DNA of 64,000 nucleotides from a virus (Duplodnaviria; Caudoviricetes): IMG/VR virus record IMGVR_UViG_2795385840_000015, positions 1 to 64,000 of that record; one strand, 5' to 3'. Shown piece by piece: positions 54,701 to 62,850 of this stretch (position 1 is its first letter; each line of letters starts with the position of its first letter). The notes under the pieces were generated by a model. It saw only the letters and a program-made list of their open reading frames with translations, ran no database searches and was not told where the DNA came from. The position numbers and the translations under genes were made by a program.

Positions 54701-56778
54701 TCTCCAATGGCGAGTACATCGTTAAGGCGTCGTCTGTTTCGAAATATGGTCTCGGACTGCTGCATTCGATCAATGATGGGCAATTGCCTCGGTTTGACGA
54801 GGGCGGGCCTGTCATGGTCGGACCTAAGCAGCCTTATCAACCGGTGGATCGGACGGTTGTTCCGAATCCTGGCCCCGCTGCGAGCAATTACGCAAAGGAC
54901 TGGTACGGGACTAAGCCAGCTCCGGGTGTTGCGGCTACGCCCGCTCCTACCCCGATGCCGGATATGTCTAACCCTGGTTTGTACAACCCGGCTACGGGCT
55001 CGTATACCGCGTTGCCGGATGGGTTGGGTGACAGGGGTGTTGGTACTGGGGCGAACGTTCCGCAGGTTCCTACCGCTGTTGAGACTCGGCATGGTTTGGG
55101 TATCGCTGTACCTGGCGGTAGCCAGTATTCGGCATTGCCTGGACCCGACATGGGTGCACAGGTGCCGCAGGACACGCTGGTGCCACAGCAGCAGTTGGGC
55201 TTGGCATCTCTGCCGGAGAACTTGCAGCCGGTCAGCATCCTTAGTCAGCTCGGCGAGATTCTGTTGCAGTTCGTTGCAAGCTTCTTTGGCATTGACCTGT
55301 CGTACTTCAACGCGTTTAAGTCAGGGCTTAGTGGCGTCACTCATCGAATGGCACCGGGTCAGGCGGCTAACCCCGAGGCGCAGGCGCTACAGAACCTAGC
55401 TCCGAATCCGCTGGCGGGTAGCACGTCTGCACTGCTTGAGGGCGGTACGGCGCAGGCTATGTCAGCGCAACCGGGTGCGGCACGTGCGGCGGCTATGGCC
55501 GAGTCGATGGCCGGCAAGCCTTACACGTGGGGCGGCTCAACGCTGGATGGTACGGATTGCTCCGGCTTGGTGATGTATGTGGCGGATGCCTATACCGGTA
55601 AGCAGTTCTCGGGGCGTTCTGGTGGTACTGGCACCGAGGGTGACACGCTGCGCGCTAAGGGCGCGGTGATCATTTCCGATCCGTCGCAAGCTCCTGCGGG
55701 AACTCTGCGGATTGGCTGGAATGGGAGTCACACGGCGGGTACGTTGCCCGATGGCCGGAACTTTGAGGCGTCTACATTCGGTAAGCCGATTGCGGTTGGG
55801 TCGGGGGCGCAGGGCTATAACGCAAGCGCCTTCACTAACTGGGCGTACTTCCCGGCTGGTTATGCGGCTGGCGGTTTGTTGTCCGGCCCTGGCACTGGCA
55901 CGTCTGATTCGATGCTTGCGCGGGTTTCTAACGGCGAGTTCATCGTTAAGGCATCGTCTGTGTCCAAGTATGGGGCTGGGATGCTCCATGCTCTGAATGA
56001 GGGCAAGTTGCCTCGTTTCGACGAGGGTGGGCCGGTCCTTATTCCTGGGATGGTTGCCCCGGCTCCACAGGCTGCTCCGCAGCCGATTCCTGATCCGCAA
56101 GGGCCGCAGGCCCAGCAGGCTCAACAGTCGGCGCAGGCGCAAGCTCAGAGCCAGCAGGGTGCGCAGGCGGCTACTCAGTCGCAGGCCCCGCAGACCGATA
56201 CGGCGGTACAGACCGTTGGGGACGCTATGTCTGGTATCGGGAATGCGTTGAGCGGTGTTGGCGGTGGCGGTTCGTCGCCGGGTGCCGAGGCTCCGGAGGG
56301 GGCTACGGCTGAGCAAGACCCGCGTTCGATCTTGGGTGCCGCGCCTACTAATCAGGATCACAATGCGCCTTGGCTTACTAAGGGTATTCAGGGCGCGGCG
56401 TCAACGATTGGTAGTGCGTTGTCTACCGCGATTTCGGCTGCCGGTTCTGTGGCTGGTGCTGGCGCTCCGGGTGCTGGAGCTGGCGCGAGTGCGGCGGGGT
56501 CGATGGCGGCTGCGGGTGCGCAGATCGCGGGCCAGGTGGCCTCTGGTGCGGTCAATATTTTGTCGAGCTTGATGGTTGGCACGTTGACCGGTGGAACTAC
56601 TCAGGGCGCTTACGGCGCTCCGGTGTTGCCGGGGCCTCCGCAGTCTTCGGGCGGTCAGGGCGGGCCGGGAATTGTCAACAATTACGGCGACATTCATACG
56701 GCCAACTATGACGAGTTCTACAAGGGCCAGCAGCGCCGCGAGGCTCAGCAGCAGGCACCGCTTTTGCCTATGCGATAA
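51781..56778 (+). CDS. Tape measure protein with NlpC/P60-like domain
   Basis: 1665 aa, Ala/Gly-rich; PYTWGG...DCSGLV...HTA. Confidence 0.95.
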   Translation: MAAEFVAAQASVHIVPSLKDFRSRLRAQLATVEQSVSVEVKAQTAKALAEIKAAKELAERDPIDLQVKLRFDAKKPLTEIRHVYQDLKADMLKGLKLNIMVAGATQLSQLGVALAALNTSVVELGQSALLLPGIFSGVASSVGALAVGTRGVTDAFKAYSNAQKDSADAARQQVQANRNVADATLQLDRAVKDAKRNLEDLNSQLRDAPLDEAEAVLNVQEARQEAAKTFGKSALQMQRDNLNVQKSEARLAETRRRNARLIDDVAEANAKGVRNSDNVVAALNRLSTASEEAGKSSGALKEWQDAMGRLSPEARNFVTQLTAMSGQWDTLRQSVQDGLFAGLGEDVRQLGEVGLPVLNRGLTSIASGINSNLKTAIASLRQGSNLSMIESIFGSTADAQQRLDGAINPMVDAFLRLSTVGASHLPRLATAFGDVMRRFDTFIKRASADGSLDRWISRGEKSLKDLGNSLINIGSIMHTISDIFVGSNGKGLLASLESGTKRLSEYLKTVEGHNKVRQFFLDARAEFERWKPVLSDVWAIIRNVKDGVMAWGGTVLPVLRTVSQLLAGVPGLAAAITYAILGWRTLSPVFQGVNKALGLIDMDFRNVVKSVGEGKGFTGKLRVLANVLGTGGALAVASVAAGGILYTLADKQDMAATKASRHADEIRRLRSELNSLTGELTNQGLIDKLNALGEYKPESGWRGDSIDIPKQAEKVGIDRNKLGQILTPRQEAARNAELGRLDKITEGALTGTDYWKKNHEAFEKVGISSDVLAKALGGDQQAIDKFNAAFAAGQIPGGGPASLHPDSYTLADIQQGANRMGKRVLPGLGDQAQSASQVAGAVRSNVAGSNEVSTDIRKNNAAAGGGEVTLKPDNPFRGLNVDKAYRDPVRGGGAVVLNTPFAQLPEQLVKDVEANSGTVEPLDGGLRSQVTMTRDRFELYAGGKPFGPYVGAHKAGGLLSGPGTGTSDSMLARVSNGEYIVKASSVSKYGLGLLHSINDGQLPRFDEGGPVMVGPKQPYQPVDRTVVPNPGPAASNYAKDWYGTKPAPGVAATPAPTPMPDMSNPGLYNPATGSYTALPDGLGDRGVGTGANVPQVPTAVETRHGLGIAVPGGSQYSALPGPDMGAQVPQDTLVPQQQLGLASLPENLQPVSILSQLGEILLQFVASFFGIDLSYFNAFKSGLSGVTHRMAPGQAANPEAQALQNLAPNPLAGSTSALLEGGTAQAMSAQPGAARAAAMAESMAGKPYTWGGSTLDGTDCSGLVMYVADAYTGKQFSGRSGGTGTEGDTLRAKGAVIISDPSQAPAGTLRIGWNGSHTAGTLPDGRNFEASTFGKPIAVGSGAQGYNASAFTNWAYFPAGYAAGGLLSGPGTGTSDSMLARVSNGEFIVKASSVSKYGAGMLHALNEGKLPRFDEGGPVLIPGMVAPAPQAAPQPIPDPQGPQAQQAQQSAQAQAQSQQGAQAATQSQAPQTDTAVQTVGDAMSGIGNALSGVGGGGSSPGAEAPEGATAEQDPRSILGAAPTNQDHNAPWLTKGIQGAASTIGSALSTAISAAGSVAGAGAPGAGAGASAAGSMAAAGAQIAGQVASGAVNILSSLMVGTLTGGTTQGAYGAPVLPGPPQSSGGQGGPGIVNNYGDIHTANYDEFYKGQQRREAQQQAPLLPMR

Positions 56779-56800
56779 CTGAATAACTAATCACGGGGAG

Positions 56801-56835
56801 ACCCCGCCTGGCTTCGGTTGGGCGGGGTTTTTCTT
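56801..56835 (+). terminator. Intrinsic terminator
   Basis: ACCCCGCCTGGC-TTCG-GTTGGGCGGGGT followed by a T run. Confidence 0.8.
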
Positions 56836-56857
56836 GTGGGGGAGACAACTAAATAGA

Positions 56858-57739
56858 GTGACCGATTTCCTGAAAATTGAATTGACGGGCCGGGACGGTT
56901 CGCATTGGGTGCTGTCCGGTCCTGGTATGGGGAAGCAGGGGGTGACCCTTTCTCCAAATTTGCAGCAGTTCTACGACGCTCCCGTTAAGACGATGTATGT
57001 TCCGGGGCCTTTTGGTGAGGAATACGCAGGTAAACGGGTTCAGCGGCGCGAGATTGTTTTCTCTGTCCAGGCGTGGGACGAAGACCCTGATACGTGGGCG
57101 TCAGTTGATTCTGCATGGCGGTGGGCCTGGGATTACGACGAGCAGTCAACGCTAAGGGTTACTACTGGCGATGGCACGCGCTATTTGAACGTGCGGCTAA
57201 TGGAAGAACCTAAGCCGTACTACGAAAAAGATCCGCATATTACAGCGGATAACCCAATTGTCATGACGGTTACCTCGACGTTTCCGTATTGGCAGGAGGA
57301 GCCTAAGGAATATATCTGGGAAACGCTGCATACGCAGGATTTGACGACTTTCCCGGTTCGGAATGACGGCGATGTGCCGGTGTGGTTGCGGTGGGTTCTT
57401 ACCGCCCCTGGCCGCTGGATTCTGCCGGATTTTTCGTGGGCGAACGATATGTATTCGCGCGGGCTTGAGGATTTGGGCCGCACCGTTCCGTTGCCGAGTT
57501 TGGTTGCGGGCGAGCATGTTTCGGCTGACTCCGATCCGCGTGTTCAGACACTTATTTCTGCTAACGGAATGCCTACTCAGCACCGCTGGAAAGGCAATGA
57601 CCTGCTGTATCCGCTTATGCCGGGTAAGGGCGGGGACATCCCAGTGCAGTTGAAGGATGCGCCGCAGGGTGGGGCTTGCAAATTGACTGTCCCGCGCTGG
57701 TTTTCGCGTCCGTGGTCGCGACCGGGGGTGACGTTGTGA
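56858..57739 (+). CDS. Minor tail protein (distal tail-like)
   Basis: G.DGS.W.L.G...; N.GD..W..W; synteny. Confidence 0.85.
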   Translation: MTDFLKIELTGRDGSHWVLSGPGMGKQGVTLSPNLQQFYDAPVKTMYVPGPFGEEYAGKRVQRREIVFSVQAWDEDPDTWASVDSAWRWAWDYDEQSTLRVTTGDGTRYLNVRLMEEPKPYYEKDPHITADNPIVMTVTSTFPYWQEEPKEYIWETLHTQDLTTFPVRNDGDVPVWLRWVLTAPGRWILPDFSWANDMYSRGLEDLGRTVPLPSLVAGEHVSADSDPRVQTLISANGMPTQHRWKGNDLLYPLMPGKGGDIPVQLKDAPQGGACKLTVPRWFSRPWSRPGVTL

Positions 57740-59499
57740 GCAGCTGGGTAGAGCTGATGTCGGAGCACGGAAACGATCCGTGGAAGGCGTTTAAGGCTGT
57801 TGAGGCTAAGGCCGAGGCCGAGAGGGCGCGGCATCACGCGTTTAGGCGGGCTAAGCCGCTTATCCGGTTCTGGATGAATGACCCGACCGGCGCTCCCGGA
57901 CTGGTGTATGTGGGCCGCGTCGATTACGACGACTCGATTAGAGGTTCATTCCCGTTCAAGAACAACACACCTACTCAGGGTGTTTTGGAATTGCGGGATG
58001 ACCACTACATGTCGATGTGGTTGAAGCGGCTTCCGAATGATCCTGAATATAAGAAGAACGTCGTTATTACGGTGGACTTCTACGGTGGCAAAAAGCGATG
58101 GTCAGGGCTCTTGGACCATTGGACGGTTAAGGGTAAAGATCACGTCAAGTATTTGGAAGTCACCTTTAATGACGACCTAACGCATTTGCAATATCTGCTC
58201 GCACCTCCAAATCCATTGTTGCCAATCCCATTGTTTCAATTTCCTCGCATTTTCGCGCTGGCCGGACCCGCGAAATGGTGTATTTCCGCTCTAATTTTTA
58301 TAAATCTATTTCGCGTAGAGGGGCATCCGTTCACGCTGCCTGATGATCCATTCGACTTGCGTTCTTGGGCGACGACGATTGACTGGTCATTGTGGCAGAC
58401 GCACATTAAGTGCAGTCCATGGCTGCTAGACGATTCGACATTGTGGACTTTCTTGTCTGCCCGCATGAATCCGATCGATTCTGTCATCGCCGACTCTCTG
58501 GACGATGCGCAGTTGACGATGACTTATCGGCGTGTTCTGTCTGATGAGGGCGAGACGGTCGAGGGGCTTATTAGTGCCCCTACGGGGCATGTCGCTAACG
58601 GGGCCTTGGTGTTCGAGGTTGTTGACAACTCGAATGCAACTGCGCTTGAGGGCACGTTTTTTCAGGGCACGATCCTGGATGGATTCGTGCGCTCGGTTAT
58701 CACCTATGGCGGCGGGTTTATTGAGGACACGCTGAGCGTGGTTAGTGATGACCAGACGTTGCAGCCTGACGAGTATTACCAGACTGGCTGGTTGGCGACC
58801 ATGGCGAAAATGCCTTGGTTGGTTGTTCGCGATAACGAGTGGACGCCTATCGAGTCGAGCGATTTGTCGTGGGGGCCTGCAAAGAACGTATCGGTTGTTG
58901 TTGGTGGCGATAATCCGGCGGCAGATGCTATCGCGAAACTAGTGATCGAAACTGTTGGGAATCTTCTCGGATATTTCTTGCTGGGCGGCTTCTCTAGTGC
59001 GGGAAATATCGCGGCCGATGTGATTATGCCATTCATTGTCGGCACCATTGCGGCGTGGCTTGAATGGAAAAACACTGGCCGTGCGACTCAGCTTGGCTGG
59101 GTTCATTACATGGAGCTGTACCAGCAAGGCGCTGAGAATAACTCTTGGTCTCTGTCGGCGCTTGCTGCGCTGCGAGGCGGGTTCCTTGTGGGCCGTTCCG
59201 AGACTACGCATCTAATGGCTCTGCATGACTCGTGGATTATTCCCGGTCTGCATATCGATATTGGGCAGCGGCTCGGTTCAACTGTCCAGTCTAAGGGAAT
59301 TGAGCACATTATTTGGGTTAACCAATTGGAGGAAATGACAGCGGCGTGGGATCACTCGGACGGTAAGCATCCGCTTTCGTGGGTGTTGAAAGCCGGTAAG
59401 TCTGATCGCGCTATGTCTGTCGGTGAGCGTATGGCTCGCTTGGCTAAAAAGATGAGTGAAGCTCTGAACAACGTGGGTGTTCACCTGGTTCAGAGTTAA
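57736..59499 (+). CDS. Minor tail protein (baseplate hub-like)
   Basis: RWSG, PNP.LP...QFPR, GPAKW motifs. Confidence 0.88.
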   Translation: MSSWVELMSEHGNDPWKAFKAVEAKAEAERARHHAFRRAKPLIRFWMNDPTGAPGLVYVGRVDYDDSIRGSFPFKNNTPTQGVLELRDDHYMSMWLKRLPNDPEYKKNVVITVDFYGGKKRWSGLLDHWTVKGKDHVKYLEVTFNDDLTHLQYLLAPPNPLLPIPLFQFPRIFALAGPAKWCISALIFINLFRVEGHPFTLPDDPFDLRSWATTIDWSLWQTHIKCSPWLLDDSTLWTFLSARMNPIDSVIADSLDDAQLTMTYRRVLSDEGETVEGLISAPTGHVANGALVFEVVDNSNATALEGTFFQGTILDGFVRSVITYGGGFIEDTLSVVSDDQTLQPDEYYQTGWLATMAKMPWLVVRDNEWTPIESSDLSWGPAKNVSVVVGGDNPAADAIAKLVIETVGNLLGYFLLGGFSSAGNIAADVIMPFIVGTIAAWLEWKNTGRATQLGWVHYMELYQQGAENNSWSLSALAALRGGFLVGRSETTHLMALHDSWIIPGLHIDIGQRLGSTVQSKGIEHIIWVNQLEEMTAAWDHSDGKHPLSWVLKAGKSDRAMSVGERMARLAKKMSEALNNVGVHLVQS

Positions 59500-59520
59500 G
59501 TAAATGGGGGAAACAATTTA

Positions 59521-59970
59521 ATGGCTAAGACTCAGGCAGAGTCCGATATGGATGATCCGCAAGAGGCTTTCGCGTGGATGTTCGCGGCGGGTATTCCCGA
59601 TCCGCGAGGGGGCGGGGGCAAGTTCCCTAATCAGCCACTAGTGCCGTCACCGTGTTGGCCGGCGCTTTCTCAGATGTTGTGGGACTTCGGGTGCCGGTTT
59701 CATGCGGACAAGCAGACCAAGTGGATTGAGCAGGCAGGGGGGCCGCTTAACAACTTTTCTGTTGGGCGGCTTTCGGATTCGCGTCCGGAAGAGGTTGTTG
59801 CGGACGTGGCCGCGATGGCTGTTGATCAGTTTCCGGCGATTGCGGCCGAGGTGGCGGCGGTGCAGCCGGGGGATCACGAGAAGGCGATTAAGGAGTTTGA
59901 GGGGCGGCTGCTGGATAGCGTCTCGCGGCTTAGCGCCGCGCGTGAGCGTTTGGAGAGGGGGGATCTCTAA
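59521..59970 (+). CDS. DUF2744-like minor tail protein
   Basis: DP.EAF.W...SQ.LWD.G.R.H. Confidence 0.75.
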   Translation: MAKTQAESDMDDPQEAFAWMFAAGIPDPRGGGGKFPNQPLVPSPCWPALSQMLWDFGCRFHADKQTKWIEQAGGPLNNFSVGRLSDSRPEEVVADVAAMAVDQFPAIAAEVAAVQPGDHEKAIKEFEGRLLDSVSRLSAARERLERGDL

Positions 59971-61433
59971 TGACCATGCCTAGCGGTGTTGCCGGTTTGG
60001 ATGCTGGCGGCTGGCTTGCTAATTGGGTTGATGGCAAGGGGAATGCCCCCGATTTGTCGGGTTTGGCGGGGCGGACGCGGGATAACGTCACGGACTACTA
60101 CCGCAACCAAGTTCAGGGTGAAACATCTTGGCAGCAGGCATCTTTGACCTTTTTCACCAATATCTTGCACGGGTTTCGGGATCTTGGGCAGTTCATCACG
60201 CTTATTACTAAGGCGATTACGGGGCAGTCGGGCGGCCTAGCTGAGCTTGCCGCGTTTGTGACTCAGCGTTGGAATGACCTTGCGACGGCGTTTGAGAAGG
60301 CGGTCGATTCATTCTTGGGGTTGGGCTGGCTGCGGGATGCGCTGACGGGTATTACTGGTTCGACTGATCACCAGGTGATTGACTGGATTGGTCAGTTGTT
60401 GACTGCTGCATCGCATTTGGACGCGGGCAAGGTTATTGGCCTGCTGGCGGCTGCGGTGATTCCGGGCCTGGATGCGTCAAAGATCGTCTCTGGTCAGTTT
60501 GCGCAGTCGATGGTCTCTGGGCTTGCGAATGCTCTTTCCAATCTTGTTGACGGATTGACGAAGGTTGGCGCTGACCTCGGCTCAGTCATTAAGGGTTTGT
60601 TTGACGGTTGGTTCGGCGGTGGCGGTACGGGCACCCCGCAAGAGGTCCAGTACACCATTCAGGCGATTAAGGATGCGGTAGTCAACGGCTACACCGTGAG
60701 GACGTTTACGTCGTCGGAGGTGAACTGGGCTAAGCCGCAATGTACCGAGATGGTCGCCGTGTTGATTGGCGGTGGCCAGAACGGTCCCGAGGGTGTCGAT
60801 GGGCCTCAGGGGCCGGGGTCGCCTGGCGGTCTGCATGGCTCTTACATTGTTCAGCAATTGGTGGTTGCCGACCTCCCGGCAGCGTTTGATGTGCAGGTTG
60901 GTACGGCGGGGAACCGTTCGTATGTGCGGGTGGCCAACGGTTCTCATACGGGGGCCGTGATTGTCGAATCGGGTCCACACGGTTCGTCGGGTGGTACCGC
61001 AACGACATTCGGGTATGCCGGTACTGCGTCTCAGCCGGGAAGTGGCGGGTTTGGTGCCGCTGGCGGAAACACCATTGGTGGTCGCGAGGAGACTCCAGGT
61101 GGTCCGGGTGCGCCGAGCACCGCGGCGGCGGGTGGAACGGCTGGTGCTGCGGGTAAGGACGCCAATAGTGGCGGCGATGGCGGCGCGGGCGGGAACGTTT
61201 CGGCTGGTGCGCTGACCAAGTGTGGCGGCGGCGGTGGCGGCGGCGGTGGCCGTGGCGGCGGTGGTGCGGCATTTCAGCGGGCCGGTAACGGTGGCCGTGG
61301 CGGTCCTGGCGGTTATCCCGGTGGTGGTGGCGGTGCCGGTGGCGGGCGCGGAATGAACGCGACGTATGGCAATGGCAATCAAGGGCCTGGTGGCCCTGGT
61401 GCTGCCGGGGTTGTGTGGTTGTTCTACAGGTAA
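59970..61433 (+). CDS. Glycine-rich minor tail protein
   Basis: IPGLDASKI.SG.F; GG-rich C-terminal domain. Confidence 0.85.
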   Translation: MTMPSGVAGLDAGGWLANWVDGKGNAPDLSGLAGRTRDNVTDYYRNQVQGETSWQQASLTFFTNILHGFRDLGQFITLITKAITGQSGGLAELAAFVTQRWNDLATAFEKAVDSFLGLGWLRDALTGITGSTDHQVIDWIGQLLTAASHLDAGKVIGLLAAAVIPGLDASKIVSGQFAQSMVSGLANALSNLVDGLTKVGADLGSVIKGLFDGWFGGGGTGTPQEVQYTIQAIKDAVVNGYTVRTFTSSEVNWAKPQCTEMVAVLIGGGQNGPEGVDGPQGPGSPGGLHGSYIVQQLVVADLPAAFDVQVGTAGNRSYVRVANGSHTGAVIVESGPHGSSGGTATTFGYAGTASQPGSGGFGAAGGNTIGGREETPGGPGAPSTAAAGGTAGAAGKDANSGGDGGAGGNVSAGALTKCGGGGGGGGGRGGGGAAFQRAGNGGRGGPGGYPGGGGGAGGGRGMNATYGNGNQGPGGPGAAGVVWLFYR

Positions 61434-61439
61434 GGGGGT

Positions 61440-61769
61440 TTGATGGCTACGGCTGAATTGGTGGCGCGAATGTTGCCGCAGTTCTGTCCTACGACGAATC
61501 ACTACAAGTGCTCGGACGGCAAGTATTTGCTTGTCACCAAGCCTACGTTGGATTCTGTTGGGACGCTTAAGAAGACGTTGGGTCTAACGGTGCCCGTTGC
61601 GGCATCGCACTTGCCGCCGAATGTTGATGTGTTTTTGTCCAACGTTGACGCGGAGGTTGTGGATGCGGACGGCGATCCTACAAATGGACTAACGCCTATT
61701 GCGCGTGTCGCGGCTGATAGTCACGAAGCCGCGTTGGCATCGCTCGGTTATTCGCTTAAGGGGGAGTAG
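61440..61769 (+). CDS. Tail-associated hypothetical protein
   Basis: TNHY.CSDG...D.D..NGLTP...HEAAL..LGY. Confidence 0.7.
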   Translation: MMATAELVARMLPQFCPTTNHYKCSDGKYLLVTKPTLDSVGTLKKTLGLTVPVAASHLPPNVDVFLSNVDAEVVDADGDPTNGLTPIARVAADSHEAALASLGYSLKGE

Positions 61770-62033
61770 GTGGCCGAGGACGTATATATGCGTGGGGCTG
61801 TTAAGGCTTGTGATTCGGCGGTTGCTATCAAGCGTGAAAACGGTTCAGGGCCTATGTCGTGGGCGGTGATGACTATTGATAATGGCGGGCATTATGGCTC
61901 GTTTGATGAGGTTGCGGACTGGGAGGACCGATGAACCGAATTTATGAATGGCGGGTGAGGTTGTCTGTGGGCTGGTGGCTTGTTAAGACGCGAGTTCGTC
62001 GCTGGCTTGGGTTGTTTTAGATTGGGGGCTTAG

Positions 62034-62330
62034 GTGGCGCTTGTAGCGACCTTGGGGAAGTTTAAGAAAGATCCGCAGGCGGTCTTGGATTGGACTGTGG
62101 ATTGGGGACCGTGGCTTACGAAAATGGGCGACGCTATTTCTGAGGTAGCGGCTACTGTTACGCCGACTGGCGCTTTGAAAGTGGACTCTGTTTCTTTCGC
62201 GGGTTCCCAGGTGACAGTTTGGTTGTCGGGCGGTGTCGCGGGCTCGTCTTACCAGGTCACGGTTCATGTGACGACGGCTGGCGGGCGTCAAGATGATCGG
62301 TCTTTTGTTATTGACTGTAAGGACATGTGA
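62034..62330 (+). CDS. Fibre/tail adaptor-like protein
   Basis: KDP.A.LD...DW..WL...VWLSGG..G..Y.V...TT..GR..DRS. Confidence 0.75.
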   Translation: MALVATLGKFKKDPQAVLDWTVDWGPWLTKMGDAISEVAATVTPTGALKVDSVSFAGSQVTVWLSGGVAGSSYQVTVHVTTAGGRQDDRSFVIDCKDM

Positions 62331-62463
62331 TGGCAGAGAATCAGAATGACGAGATTGTGTTACAGGTTGTGACTTGGGCTGAGGCCGAGGTCAGGGATGC
62401 TGATGGCAATATAAAGCGGTAGCTTTCGTTTCATAATTTAATAACAATTGAATAGGGGTATTT

Positions 62464-62850
62464 ATGGCTAGCGGCTTGAGTGCTGTTAACTTGGCCAATA
62501 AGTGGCTTAACATTCTTAGGGGTGCCGCTTTTACGCCACCGGCGGGGGTCTATGCCAGGTTGCATTTGGACGATCCGGGGCCTAACGGGACTGCGAATGC
62601 ATCGGTTGTTGCAACTCGGATTCAGGTAGCGTATTCGCCCGCTGCGAATGGTGCGATTGTGCTTACGGGTACTAATCCGCAATTCACGATGACGGCGACG
62701 GAGACGATTAAGTATGTGTCGTTCTGGGATGATGCGACGGCGGGGAATTTTCTGTGGTCTGCCCCGTTGGCTGCGCCTCGCAATGTGGTTGCGACGGACA
62801 CGTTGACGCTTGTTTCTGCGGGTGTGACGTTGGGGCCTTTGGCGGCGTAA
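62464..62850 (+). CDS. Tail fibre-associated structural protein
   Basis: LH..DPG..GTAN...WD..T.GNFL. Confidence 0.75.
   Translation: MASGLSAVNLANKWLNILRGAAFTPPAGVYARLHLDDPGPNGTANASVVATRIQVAYSPAANGAIVLTGTNPQFTMTATETIKYVSFWDDATAGNFLWSAPLAAPRNVVATDTLTLVSAGVTLGPLAA

Noticed and set aside
61201-61350. GGC/GGT microsatellite-like tract
   Set aside because: Encodes the poly-Gly segment of a minor tail protein.
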